Source: a virus
Taxonomy: Duplodnaviria > Caudoviricetes
Reading direction: 5' to 3' (one strand)
DNA length: 64,000 bases
Virus record (IMG/VR): IMGVR_UViG_3300033073_001448
Coordinates: 1 to 64,000 of that record
Part shown: piece after piece, positions 1 to 11,630 of the stretch
Layout: every line of letters begins with the position of its first letter
Numbering within the stretch: the stretch's first letter is position 1
The notes under the pieces: generated by a model
Told to the model about the DNA's origin: nothing
Databases searched by the model: none
The model's input: only the letters and a program-made list of their open reading frames with translations
Position numbers and translations under genes: made by a program

Positions 1-35
1 TTTGTAAATGCTGGACGCAAAATGAGGGAGGCAAT

Positions 36-194
36 ATGACATTGCGTTCATGGTGCCGCGAGATGTGGTTTCAGCATGTTGACGAATGCCTAGCATGGGA
101 AGGACATGAACCTTCTGCCACAGCACAAGAATACTTCAACCGATATAAATTTTGGTTAAAACGTGAATATCGTCATCAACAAGGAGTAAAATAA
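36..194 (+). CDS. hypothetical protein (52 aa, not in ORF track)
   Basis: GGAGG SD at ~26-31, ATG 36, MTLRSWCREMW...; TAA overlaps next ATG. Confidence 0.7.
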   Translation: MTLRSWCREMWFQHVDECLAWEGHEPSATAQEYFNRYKFWLKREYRHQQGVK

Positions 195-652
195 TGGGTC
201 TAGACATGTACCTCAAAGGCAAGCGTTATCTGTCCACTTGGAATGAAGAAGGTGAGGACGCTAAGATCAGCAAAGATGTTTCTGCTCGTTTTCCCGAAAT
301 CGCTGGCCGCACAGTGAATGAAATTACCTGCGAATTGGGCTACTGGCGTAAAGCCAACGCCATTCACGGCTGGTTTGTTCGTCATGTTCAAGACGGACGA
401 GACGAATGCCAAGAAAGTTTTGTGAGCCAAGAAAAGTTAACAAAACTGCGAGATGCCTGCCGGGCTGTGCTAGCCGATCACACCAAGGCCGATGTTCTAT
501 TACCTCCAACACAGGGATTCTTCTTTGGCAGTTCGGATGTGGATCAATACTACCTTGACGATCTCGCAATGACTGCAAAGTTGCTTGACAGCATTCTAGA
601 GTCCAATCTAGCAGAAAAAGGCTGGGACGTTTACTATCAAGCTAGTTGGTAA
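194..652 (+). CDS. conserved phage hypothetical protein
   Basis: AAGGAG SD; MGLDMY / YWRKANAIHGWF / YYQASW motifs typical of a widespread phage family. Confidence 0.8.
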   Translation: MGLDMYLKGKRYLSTWNEEGEDAKISKDVSARFPEIAGRTVNEITCELGYWRKANAIHGWFVRHVQDGRDECQESFVSQEKLTKLRDACRAVLADHTKADVLLPPTQGFFFGSSDVDQYYLDDLAMTAKLLDSILESNLAEKGWDVYYQASW

Positions 653-667
653 TGCACGGACTAAATT

Positions 668-2062
668 ATGACCATAGAGCCATTAAATATGATTGATTAT
701 TCAGAACAAAAATTTATAGGTGTTATGTCAGCAGGCTGGATCCGTGATTTGGAGTCAAGTGATAGCCGAATCCACAAAGAAAAAGTTATCGAGAAGGCTC
801 TTATGGCTGCTAAATTAGGCAGTGCCGATGCACAGGCTTTCTTGTTCAACTGCTACCAAGCCTACAATCCTTTTTATACATTTCACGTCAAGCAGGTTAT
901 TGAAGTCGTTGGACACGAGAAACGACCCAACGCCTGGCCGCAGTTCTGGGCCTTACTAGAGAAACTCAGAACTCGCTCAGTAACAGGTGGTGCGGCGCAA
1001 GAGAGTATTGCAGACTGTGCTGAACTGTTTGATGACGAAGAATGGAACACAGTTTGCCGTCGTGTGATTATCAAAGATCTGCGTTGTGGTATTTCAGAAA
1101 AGACTTTAAACAAGATCTTGGACCGAACAGACTGGCGCATTCCTGTGTTCACCTGTCAGTTGGCCAAGGATTCTACTGACCGGCCAGACAAACTACGCGG
1201 CATTAAACGATTAGAACCTAAACTAGATGGGGTACGTGTACTGGCTGTGGTGCAAGGAATGAATGTGAGCTTGTTTAGCCGCAATGGCAAAGAGTTTGCT
1301 AATTTTCCAGACATTGCCCAAGACATCATGAAGCACCGCGGTGCCTTTCAACGCGGTCTTGGATCAGGCGGCCGCTTTGTGTTAGACGGTGAAGTCACTG
1401 GCGAGAGTTTCCAGAAACTCATGAAGCAAGCCCATCGTAAATCAGATGTGGAAACTTCAAACATGGTTTACAACATTTTTGATATCATTCCGTTGGATGA
1501 CTTCCAACGTGGGCATTGGAATGCACAACAGTACAAGCGTTTTGATATTCTAGGCAGTGCTCGTGGTATGTTACCCGATGATGGGCAGTCTAGCCTGCGT
1601 ATTGTTACAGGCATGGAAGTGGATTTAGACACAGCCGAAGGACATGATATCATGAATCGCTATGCCGAGGACTGTGTGGCCGAAGGCTTTGAAGGCATTA
1701 TGATCAAGTCTATGGATGCACCTTATGAGTGCAAACGTAGTGATTTTTGGATGAAGTGGAAGCCTGTGATTTCTGTAGATCTCGAAATCGTAGGATTTGA
1801 GGAAGGTACTGGTCGCAATGAAGGCCGCTTGGGTGCTATAATCTGTGAAGGAGTAGACAATGACCGTAGAATTCGCGTTAATGTTGGTAGCGGCTTTAGT
1901 GATGCTGTTCGTGATGAGTATTGGGCCGATCGGGATGATCTCCTTGGTCACTTGGTGGAAGTCCAGGCGGACGCAGTCACCCAAAACCAAGACGGAACAT
2001 ACAGTCTCCGATTCCCACGATTCTTGAGATTCCGAGATTTTGAAGCAGGCGAAAAGGTTTGA
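668..2062 (+). CDS. lig: ATP-dependent DNA ligase
   Basis: Motif I EPKLDGVR, LDGE, EGIMIK, KWKP, VGSGFSD, RFPRF; exact start uncertain. Confidence 0.95.
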   Translation: MTIEPLNMIDYSEQKFIGVMSAGWIRDLESSDSRIHKEKVIEKALMAAKLGSADAQAFLFNCYQAYNPFYTFHVKQVIEVVGHEKRPNAWPQFWALLEKLRTRSVTGGAAQESIADCAELFDDEEWNTVCRRVIIKDLRCGISEKTLNKILDRTDWRIPVFTCQLAKDSTDRPDKLRGIKRLEPKLDGVRVLAVVQGMNVSLFSRNGKEFANFPDIAQDIMKHRGAFQRGLGSGGRFVLDGEVTGESFQKLMKQAHRKSDVETSNMVYNIFDIIPLDDFQRGHWNAQQYKRFDILGSARGMLPDDGQSSLRIVTGMEVDLDTAEGHDIMNRYAEDCVAEGFEGIMIKSMDAPYECKRSDFWMKWKPVISVDLEIVGFEEGTGRNEGRLGAIICEGVDNDRRIRVNVGSGFSDAVRDEYWADRDDLLGHLVEVQADAVTQNQDGTYSLRFPRFLRFRDFEAGEKV

Positions 2063-2526
2063 AACGCACATATTATCTCAAACAAGGACGTCGCTATATT
2101 CCTGTGGCGGAATATGACAGTGACCTCATGGACAGTTTTCCCAAAGGCACACACATTGTGATGTGCTATCCTGGGGGACAAAGTCGCCGTTATGGCATTG
2201 ACATAGAATTTGCTCCTATGATTGCGGCCGGACGATATGCCGAAGACGCTATATGTCGTGCCATGCACAAGGAAAGTGAAGCCAAACCCAATAAACGTCC
2301 AATCACTAAACGTCAACGTGCTGCCTGGGAAGAAATGAAGGCGGCATTTGGGGACGAGTTATTTGGTTTACACTTTTCTAGCATTCGAGATCTGGCCGAA
2401 GCAGGAGTTCGTGCTATGCAAGATGAAGCAGATAAATTAATGCAACACGAAAGTGTACGCCTAGCATACGAACAATTTATGTTGGTATGCAAACTCACAA
2501 AGGAAAAACAAAATGATTCACCCTAA
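2059..2526 (+). CDS. hypothetical protein
   Basis: ORF coupled to lig by TTGA overlap. Confidence 0.7.
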   Translation: MKRTYYLKQGRRYIPVAEYDSDLMDSFPKGTHIVMCYPGGQSRRYGIDIEFAPMIAAGRYAEDAICRAMHKESEAKPNKRPITKRQRAAWEEMKAAFGDELFGLHFSSIRDLAEAGVRAMQDEADKLMQHESVRLAYEQFMLVCKLTKEKQNDSP

Positions 2527-2540
2527 GGAATGGATTTACT

Positions 2541-2846
2541 ATGTTCGCTGGTTGGTTACAAAGGCTCTACGTCGGATTTTTAACAAGCGTGGCTGGTATG
2601 CATAGAGCCATAGTAGCACGTCAAATGATTGGGGGTATAGTGGAAATGATGAACGACCCCAAACTGTTTCGCAAGAGCGACATAGGACGCCGACACGAAT
2701 ACTCAAACTGGACAGAAGCGGGCCGAGAGGCCCTGAATGAGTTTGTGGATGAGTATAGCAAGAAACTTCTAGTAGCAGAAGAACGAGACTTAGATGCTCG
2801 TGCCCGAGAAATGACTTTTACAGCACTTAAGGAGAAAGTAGAATGA
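2541..2846 (+). CDS. hypothetical protein (start may be 2598)
   Basis: ORF in operon, ATGA overlap with next gene. Confidence 0.6.
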   Translation: MFAGWLQRLYVGFLTSVAGMHRAIVARQMIGGIVEMMNDPKLFRKSDIGRRHEYSNWTEAGREALNEFVDEYSKKLLVAEERDLDARAREMTFTALKEKVE

Positions 2847-3529
2847 ATTACGCAACAAGTATCTATAGAGATGCCCCGGCTATCAACGAAGCCATGGGGC
2901 GAGTATACGGCCACATGATGCTGGCTGTGATTACATCCATGATTGTGGCCGGACTAGTTGGATCGTCAGCCGAAATGGTCGCATTCTTTTTTACCGGTGT
3001 CATGAAGTGGATAGTGATTTTTGCTCCTTTGGTGGCCATCTTTGGTATCTCGGCGGTGCTAGCAAATAACCCATCGGCACCAGTGGCTATCGGTATGCTA
3101 CACGGTTTTGCGGCACTCATGGGCTTGAGTTTTGCCACCATCTTTGTGTTGTACACTGTGGTCAGTATTTGGTCAGCGTTTATGGGTGCGGCTGTGCTAT
3201 TTGGCACTATGAGTGTGTATGGATACTTTACCAAACGCAGTCTTGACTCTATTGGACGCTATGCATTTGTGGCCTTGATTGCTATTGTTATTGTGAGTTT
3301 GATCAACTTGTTCTTGCAAAACTCTGCGCTACAAATGTTAATCTCAGCCATTGCTGTAGTGGTATTTTTGGCACTGACAGCCTACGACACACAACAGATT
3401 CGCGAAACACTGATGACTGATTCAGCAGGTGTAGCAGAAGAAGTATCAGGTGCGTTGACTTTGTACTTAGATTTTATCAATTTGTTTCTCAGTTTGTTGC
3501 AACTGTTTGGTGATAAGAAAGGCGATTAA
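2843..3529 (+). CDS. Bax inhibitor-1/YccA family membrane protein
   Basis: ~7 TM helices, AYDTQ and ALTLYLDFINLF motifs. Confidence 0.92.
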   Translation: MNYATSIYRDAPAINEAMGRVYGHMMLAVITSMIVAGLVGSSAEMVAFFFTGVMKWIVIFAPLVAIFGISAVLANNPSAPVAIGMLHGFAALMGLSFATIFVLYTVVSIWSAFMGAAVLFGTMSVYGYFTKRSLDSIGRYAFVALIAIVIVSLINLFLQNSALQMLISAIAVVVFLALTAYDTQQIRETLMTDSAGVAEEVSGALTLYLDFINLFLSLLQLFGDKKGD

Positions 3530-4503
3530 TGGCCACCACTAAAGAAAAAGAACAACTAATCGAAGTTCTTAAGTTTACCCCACGCACCTACAAGATTAGA
3601 CTCTGGGGCTACGGAGGCGAGTATGTGATGGGCACCGTGGATCGCAAGATTTACGATTACTTCCGTAAGCACAGACTTGACGTGTCAGAGTATGCATGGG
3701 ACTCAGACTATGCTGATGCAAACAATATTCCCGAAGACATGCAACCATTCTATCCAGGGTCCTGGCACGACTGTGATGACATGGGACATTGCTGGGGTGT
3801 GGATCGATCTGCAGGCACGCTACAAATTGAAGATGAAAACGGAAATACAGTTTACGAAAAAAGCCTAGAAGATATCAGTGGCTATGGTGTGGATGAGGAA
3901 AACCCCGAGGCCAGTGAACCAGAGTGGCACGGCGGCGACGAAATCTGGATTGACATGAAAGATCCGGGCACAGTGGTATTCATTGCCACAAGTTCAGAAA
4001 AAGGCACGTTCTTCGAAGGCGACCTCGAGCTTAAAACTCCATTCAACCCTGGCAAACTGGCCTTGGTATACGACGAAATTGACGGCAACGAAATCATCAC
4101 CGGCGTCAAATACAACGATGTTGACATTGATAACTTTGGCGGTGACACATCGGGCAAGAGTTCAGACTTTGGCTTTTACATTGCTGGCTCCAACAAGCAA
4201 GACGGCAAAGGGTGGACCAAGTATCGCAACATGGACGATATTGACTACACGCTAACAGAATGGTTTCCTAAAAAGATCAAGCCTGTCCGCGAAGGTGATT
4301 ACGAAGTTAGAACGCCAGGTAAGAATGGTTATACACATCGCGCTCGCTGGAATGGCACAGATTGGTACAACACCTGGAACGGCGAAGAAACTGTTAAAAT
4401 CAAAGAATGGCGCGGCATTGCCTACGACCCCGACGAACAGTTTTTGCGTGACGAATTAGATCAACTTTACCTGGAGATGAACAATGGCAACGTGGGTGCT
4501 TAA
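3529..4503 (+). CDS. hypothetical acidic protein
   Basis: 324 aa ORF, TAATG coupling. Confidence 0.75.
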   Translation: MATTKEKEQLIEVLKFTPRTYKIRLWGYGGEYVMGTVDRKIYDYFRKHRLDVSEYAWDSDYADANNIPEDMQPFYPGSWHDCDDMGHCWGVDRSAGTLQIEDENGNTVYEKSLEDISGYGVDEENPEASEPEWHGGDEIWIDMKDPGTVVFIATSSEKGTFFEGDLELKTPFNPGKLALVYDEIDGNEIITGVKYNDVDIDNFGGDTSGKSSDFGFYIAGSNKQDGKGWTKYRNMDDIDYTLTEWFPKKIKPVREGDYEVRTPGKNGYTHRARWNGTDWYNTWNGEETVKIKEWRGIAYDPDEQFLRDELDQLYLEMNNGNVGA

Positions 4504-4867
4504 GACATTAGAAAAGAAAAGCGTTGAAGAAACTGAGTTTTGGACCAAAGATGGCCAAACTATCAAACGCATCACTGGATTTCGTTGGGGTACGGTGTCG
4601 TGTGAAAGTGACGAGCGGCCAGACATTGATTTGGCCAACCCCGACGGCCTAGAAGTGTTTGCCACTGACTATGATTTTGAACTGGACAGTTTGGATGATG
4701 GTTGGTATGGTGACGTAGAGTATCCTGAGGATATGTCAGACGAAGAACGCGAACGTCTAGAAGAACTCTGGGATGAAGATGGCTACGATGGTTGGGAAAG
4801 CGAAGGCTGGACCAACGACGATACTGAAACTTGGTTCTACGGACCACTGAGTTTAGAACAAGAATAA
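4484..4867 (+). CDS. hypothetical acidic protein
   Basis: GGAG SD, D/E/W-rich ORF. Confidence 0.75.
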   Translation: MATWVLKTLEKKSVEETEFWTKDGQTIKRITGFRWGTVSCESDERPDIDLANPDGLEVFATDYDFELDSLDDGWYGDVEYPEDMSDEERERLEELWDEDGYDGWESEGWTNDDTETWFYGPLSLEQE

Positions 4868-4880
4868 TACCACACACTTC

Positions 4881-4909
4881 TTGACTATCACCATTTCCTT
4901 TGCTATAAT
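4881..4909 (+). promoter_or_regulatory. sigma70-type promoter
   Basis: TTGACT-17-TATAAT with extended TG. Confidence 0.8.
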
Positions 4910-4914
4910 TACTG

Positions 4915-5090
4915 TGCATGACCAAGGAGATTGTGCAGTCTAATGGGAGTAGTGGGGCGTTCGAACCTTGCCGGACCACTGCTTTGCCGTGGCATGTAGA
5001 CGTAAGTCACGTAGTTTGCGACAAAGGCCTTGAGAAATCAAAACCTGGGCTGGTACCCTGGGGGTATGCTATAAAGGATTAACCTAGTAA
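4915..5090 (+). ncRNA. putative structured RNA or long leader (alternative: leaderless 54-aa ORF 4918-5082)
   Basis: Stems AGTAGTGG/CCACTGCT and CTTTG/CAAAG; GNRA hairpins GAC-GTAA-GTC and TTGA-GAAA-TCAA; directly behind a promoter. Confidence 0.45.
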
Positions 5091-5102
5091 GGATATTGTA
5101 GA

Positions 5103-5411
5103 ATGTCTATCAACATCGAGGCCTCTGCGCAGAGCACGCCTAAATCTCTTGATTCGCTTGAAGTAACGCCCTTGGTCATGCACCGTATTTTGGTAGAGCT
5201 TGTCAACACAGATCAATGGTATGCTGTGATGCGTGAGCTACGTGTTTGGTTCGGAAAAGACTGGCGAGGTCAACCTCGCGTGAAGCGCAAACTTGAACAC
5301 AATTGGGCAAAAGAAAAACAACAAGTTTGGTTTGAAGTGCCTGACCCTAGTTGTGCATCTTGGCTTGGAATTAAATTAGGTATCCAAGCACAGGTAAAAC
5401 CCAATAAATAA
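5103..5411 (+). CDS. hypothetical protein, possible divergent member of the FxL(R/K)W family
   Basis: RVWFGKDW...WFEVPDPSCASWLGIKL pattern. Confidence 0.65.
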   Translation: MSINIEASAQSTPKSLDSLEVTPLVMHRILVELVNTDQWYAVMRELRVWFGKDWRGQPRVKRKLEHNWAKEKQQVWFEVPDPSCASWLGIKLGIQAQVKPNK

Positions 5412-5417
5412 AGATCT

Positions 5418-6932
5418 ATGCTATTTGGTTTCGGAATATTAGCCACTGCTTTGTTGTTGAGCATGGTGGCTGCTTACTACTCGGTGGCTGGTTTGGTGGC
5501 CATTTTCTCAGCGGCCACTATTCCAGTGATTATCATGGGCGGAAGCCTAGAACTGGGTAAGATTGTAGCCACCGTGTGGTTGCACAATAACTGGCGGCGG
5601 GCAGGATGGGCGTTCAAAGCATACCTAGTGCCTGCTGTGGCATTCCTGATGTTACTGACCAGCATGGGCATCTTTGGTTACTTGAGTAAAGCACACTCTG
5701 ACCAAAGTCTTGTGTCTGGAGATGCCACTGCTAAGATTGCTATCTATGACGAGAAAATCAAGATAGAACGGGAGAACATAGATGCAAACCGTAAGGCGCT
5801 TAAACAACTTGACGAAGCAGTGGACCAAGTTATGGGCCGCTCAAGCGATGAAAAAGGTGCCGACAAAGCAGTTCAAATACGTCGCTCCCAACAGAAAGAG
5901 CGTGGTCGACTACTTGCAGAAATTGGGGAGAGTCAAAAAAGGATTACCGCACTTAACGAAGAACGAGCTCCGTTGGCGGCTGAGTACAGAAAAGTCGAAG
6001 CCGAAGTGGGCCCGATCAAGTATATTGCCGCCTTGGTCTATGGCGACGCTACTGACCAAAATGTACTCGAAAAGGCCGTTAGATTTGTAATCATAATGAT
6101 TGTGCTGGTATTTGATCCACTAGCACTAACACTTATTCTAGCAGCCAACAAACAGTTTGAGTGGGCACGTCGTGGCACCGGTGGCTGGGTACACGATGAA
6201 GAAAAATTGTCAGTACTACCAACACCACAGCCTGAACCTGAGCCAGTGCCTAAAGCAGAACAAGATCCGCATCCACCAGGGTGGATGTTCAATGATTTTC
6301 CATATCTTCGAGACGGATCTAAGATGTTTTTTCAAAACATCAAGCCCATGCCAGCAGTACCAGAGCCGCCCAATGATTACAAAGAACACTGGGAAGACAA
6401 AGAAACACAAGAACTAATACGAGAGTTAGAAACTGCGCCGATTCCAGATGTTGAACGACCCGGCGACTACGTAAACCCACCATTGTACGAAGAACAAGAA
6501 GATGATGAGTCTCCTGAGATGAAAGCCGCCAAGGCACGTTGGAAGGCCGAAAATCCACATGATACATTGAAGCATCAACGATTTTTACACGAACGCGGAT
6601 CTATTCCTGAACTTCCTTGGATGAAATACCTGCAAATAGAAGCAGACAATGTTCCAAAGATCAGCACAACTACAGGGTTTGGAATAGAGTTTCCCGGTAA
6701 TCCAAACAAAGGGGACAGTTTTGTAAGAGTAGATATGTTACCTACTCGTTTATACAAATATAACGGCAACGATTGGATGTCAGTTGACAAAAATCTTTCT
6801 GACAGTTATACTTACGATACAGCCTACATTGATCATTTGATTGCTAAAATCGAATCTGGTGAATATGATCCAGACATGTTGAGCGACAGCGAACGTGAGC
6901 AAGTAACTGCAAGATTACAAGGACCAAAATGA
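5418..6932 (+). CDS. membrane protein with coiled-coil domain
   Basis: N-terminal TM helices, coiled coil, further TM; preceded by TAAATA. Confidence 0.8.
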   Translation: MLFGFGILATALLLSMVAAYYSVAGLVAIFSAATIPVIIMGGSLELGKIVATVWLHNNWRRAGWAFKAYLVPAVAFLMLLTSMGIFGYLSKAHSDQSLVSGDATAKIAIYDEKIKIERENIDANRKALKQLDEAVDQVMGRSSDEKGADKAVQIRRSQQKERGRLLAEIGESQKRITALNEERAPLAAEYRKVEAEVGPIKYIAALVYGDATDQNVLEKAVRFVIIMIVLVFDPLALTLILAANKQFEWARRGTGGWVHDEEKLSVLPTPQPEPEPVPKAEQDPHPPGWMFNDFPYLRDGSKMFFQNIKPMPAVPEPPNDYKEHWEDKETQELIRELETAPIPDVERPGDYVNPPLYEEQEDDESPEMKAAKARWKAENPHDTLKHQRFLHERGSIPELPWMKYLQIEADNVPKISTTTGFGIEFPGNPNKGDSFVRVDMLPTRLYKYNGNDWMSVDKNLSDSYTYDTAYIDHLIAKIESGEYDPDMLSDSEREQVTARLQGPK

Positions 6933-8134
6933 AAAGCACAGAAAATCTAAACACCTGCAGTTTTTGTGGCAAGCACAAAGATGCTGTGGCCAAACTTATT
7001 GTGGGTGTGGACGTTGCAATATGCAATGAATGTGTAGAGCTTTGCGAGGATCTGCTGAAAAAAGATATTCCGCTGGCCAGTCAAGAACCTGCTACTACAT
7101 TGGATCCAGTAGATATCAAAGAACATCTAGATCAATATGTTATTGGCCAAGATGCGGCCAAGCGTGTGCTCAGTGTTGCAATTGCCAATCACTACAAACG
7201 TATAAACAACGTAGATATCAACACCGAAATTGAAAAAACCAATATTCTCATGTTAGGTCCCACTGGGTCAGGAAAAACCTTGTTGGCTCGTACAGTGGCT
7301 CGATATTTAGATGTTCCTTTTGTTATTGCCGATGCTACAAGTCTAACTGAAGCAGGCTATGTTGGCGACGATGTTGAAAGTTTGATTTCGAGACTGTATG
7401 CGGCTGCAAACTACAACGTGGAAAAAACACAGCGTGGTATTGTGTTCTTAGATGAAGTAGATAAAATTAGTCGTAGAAGCGAGTCAGCATCAATCACTCG
7501 CGACGTGTCTGGTGAAGGAGTACAGCAGGCCTTACTTAAACTAGTTGAAGGCACCAAGTGCAGAATTACTCCACAAGGCGGTCGCAAGCATCCTTCGGGA
7601 GAGACTGTGGAAATTGATACCACAAACATCTTGTTCATTGCCGGCGGAGCATTTGTGGGCTTAGAAAACATTGTAAAGAATCGAGTAAAAGGCACCAGTA
7701 TCGGCTTTGGTGCAAAAGTTGATACCAAAGATACTGTAGCACTGAGTGAAACTACCCCCGAAGATATTATTAAATTTGGTATGATTCCTGAGTTTGTGGG
7801 TCGCTTTGCTACCTGGGTTGCCTTGGAAGAACTTGGCAAGGCAGATCTTGTGAGAATCCTCAAAGATATCAAACACAGTTATGTAAGTCAATATACCTGG
7901 TTGTTTGAAAGAGACAATGTTGCACTGGATTTTAGTCCTGAGAGTCTGGATTTAATTGCTCAGAGAACCATTGCTAACAAAACAGGAGCTCGTGGTTTAC
8001 ACTCGGAACTAGAAAGAGTATTGTTGCCACACATGTTCTATATCAAACGCTACAAGAAGTCTGGTATTCAGCATATCAATATAGACGTAGATTTGGTAAA
8101 TACCCCAAGAACATTGCAGGAAATCAATGAATAA
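6929..8134 (+). CDS. clpX: ATP-dependent Clp protease ATPase subunit ClpX
   Basis: Zn finger [20 protein letters not shown] pore loop, DEVDK, RKH, IGF loop, GARGL. Confidence 0.97.
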   Translation: MKSTENLNTCSFCGKHKDAVAKLIVGVDVAICNECVELCEDLLKKDIPLASQEPATTLDPVDIKEHLDQYVIGQDAAKRVLSVAIANHYKRINNVDINTEIEKTNILMLGPTGSGKTLLARTVARYLDVPFVIADATSLTEAGYVGDDVESLISRLYAAANYNVEKTQRGIVFLDEVDKISRRSESASITRDVSGEGVQQALLKLVEGTKCRITPQGGRKHPSGETVEIDTTNILFIAGGAFVGLENIVKNRVKGTSIGFGAKVDTKDTVALSETTPEDIIKFGMIPEFVGRFATWVALEELGKADLVRILKDIKHSYVSQYTWLFERDNVALDFSPESLDLIAQRTIANKTGARGLHSELERVLLPHMFYIKRYKKSGIQHINIDVDLVNTPRTLQEINE

Positions 8135-8351
8135 ACTACGTGGAAGATCAGTGCTGGTACAAGATGGGAATGTTGACCGAGCACTACGTAAATTTAAAAA
8201 GAAAGTTCAAACCAGTGGTATCTTAGACGACCTAAGAGCCAAGGAATTTTTTGAAAAGCCTACCACAGAGAAGAAACGCAAACGAGGTGCAGCAGTAAAT
8301 CGTTGGCGTAAAAAATTAGCCTCTCAACAACTGCCTAAGAAATTGTACTGA
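8127..8351 (+). CDS. rpsU: 30S ribosomal protein bS21
   Basis: [12 protein letters not shown]...EFFEKPT..KKRK signature. Confidence 0.92.
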   Translation: MNKLRGRSVLVQDGNVDRALRKFKKKVQTSGILDDLRAKEFFEKPTTEKKRKRGAAVNRWRKKLASQQLPKKLY

Positions 8352-8617
8352 TGTATATTGAATTCCGTCTGCCCACTGGTGCAGGAGGAATGACTGCACA
8401 ATACACAAACTCAGTGTTAAATCACAACCTCCAGGAATGGAGTGATCGGTACAATATTCCTTACAATAAAAAAATACACAAATGGACTGTGCGTGTGACC
8501 TTTAACGACGATGCTCATTACAGTCTGTTTGCAATGACCTGGCAACCACAGTCAGAGCATCTACTGGATCATCTAAAAAATTATAAGTTTGTAGAGCCTA
8601 TGGCTCGACCGGAATAA
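8351..8617 (+). CDS. hypothetical protein, likely divergent FxL(R/K)W family member
   Basis: LQEWS...VTFNDDAHYSLFAMTW. Confidence 0.7.
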   Translation: MYIEFRLPTGAGGMTAQYTNSVLNHNLQEWSDRYNIPYNKKIHKWTVRVTFNDDAHYSLFAMTWQPQSEHLLDHLKNYKFVEPMARPE

Positions 8618-8625
8618 ATAAAATC

Positions 8626-8677
8626 GTAGTGCCAATCGCGGGCTACACTTTGTTACTTGCTTGAAAAAGGAGAAAAC
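8626..8677 (+). promoter_or_regulatory. ROSE-like twin-hairpin leader
   Basis: CTTGCTT pairs with AAGGAG leaving a bulged G; upstream GTAGT-G-CC/GGGCTAC hairpin. Confidence 0.6.
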
Positions 8678-8722
8678 ATGATCAAAAATATCTTTGCTGA
8701 TCACTTGCTCAGCGATCACTAA
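8678..8722 (+). CDS. 14-aa leader peptide or gene remnant upstream of groES
   Basis: Strong AAGGAG SD, MIKNIFADHLLSDH. Confidence 0.35.
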   Translation: MIKNIFADHLLSDH

Positions 8723-8792
8723 TCCTGTATACTAGCATGTTCACGCAATTATTTGCGTTAATAACCTACTTTCAAAAAACCTAGGAGAAACT

Positions 8793-10716
<1,924 letters not shown>

Positions 10717-10751
10717 TTGACCGCAAAATAAGCGATCAGTTATAATAAATA

Positions 10752-10817
10752 CATGTGCGAGTGCTGATGGTCAGGCTCGCACATGATTAGTCAACTTGCT
10801 TTTAAAGGAGAAATAAC
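10752..10817 (+). promoter_or_regulatory. ROSE-like RNA thermometer leader of hsp20
   Basis: Long hairpin 10752-10785 with bulged G, then CTTGCTT/AAGGAG. Confidence 0.7.
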
Positions 10818-11264
10818 ATGACTAAAACTCTAACCCTTCGTTCTTTTGACGTTCCTCAACTACACAAGTTTGGCATTGGCTTTGATTCAATGTTTGATGA
10901 ACTCATGCGTGTTACATCACAGCAAACCAATTCAAACTATCCTCCACACAATGTAATCAAAACTGGCGACGACACAGTTACTATTGAAGTGGCAGTGGCC
11001 GGATTCGCTGAAGGAGAAATTGACATTGCATTAGACAAGCGTATGCTCACTATTACTGGTGCTCGCAAGCGTGAGGATGATGTTGCGCATGAATACCTAC
11101 ACCGTGGCATTTCTAGCCGTGACTTCAAACACACATTTACCCTTGCGGAACATGTGGAAGTCAAGAGTGCCTCTATTTGCGATGGTATTTTGGCAGTGTA
11201 CCTTGAGCGCCAAGTTCCGGAAGAAGCCAAACCAAAGAGTATTGCTATCACATATACAAAGTAA
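10818..11264 (+). CDS. small heat shock protein Hsp20 (IbpA-like)
   Basis: GFD, NYPPHN, AVAGF, YLHRGI, PEEAKPKSIAI. Confidence 0.95.
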   Translation: MTKTLTLRSFDVPQLHKFGIGFDSMFDELMRVTSQQTNSNYPPHNVIKTGDDTVTIEVAVAGFAEGEIDIALDKRMLTITGARKREDDVAHEYLHRGISSRDFKHTFTLAEHVEVKSASICDGILAVYLERQVPEEAKPKSIAITYTK

Positions 11265-11318
11265 TACAATGTTAAATACAGCAGTGGAATGTTCCACTGC
11301 TGATTCAAGGAAATCAAA

Positions 11319-11630
11319 ATGGCACAAACTGAAACTAAACAAAAAATCAAACCCAACGAAGCCGTTAAAGAGCCACCACTGTTTAGAGTAATCTATATCA
11401 ACGACAATCAGACCACAGTTGAATTTGTTGTGGAAAGTTTGATTGAATTTTTTGATTATACACCAGAAACTGCTGAACAAATTACCGTTGACATTCATGA
11501 GTCAGGCAGTGCTGTGGTAGCAGTGTTACCGCATGAGATTGCAGAACAAAAAGGCACAGAAGTTCTTATGAGTGCTCGCTCACAAAACTATCCATTGCAA
11601 ATCAAACTTGAGCCTGAATCAGTACATTAA
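11319..11630 (+). CDS. clpS: Clp protease adaptor ClpS
   Basis: PPLFRVIYIND..T.EFVV, IHESGSAVV, EIAEQK, YPL. Confidence 0.92.
   Translation: MAQTETKQKIKPNEAVKEPPLFRVIYINDNQTTVEFVVESLIEFFDYTPETAEQITVDIHESGSAVVAVLPHEIAEQKGTEVLMSARSQNYPLQIKLEPESVH

Noticed and set aside
4955-4972. tRNA suggested by GTTCGAAC
   Set aside because: No 5-bp T-stem or cloverleaf can be built around it.
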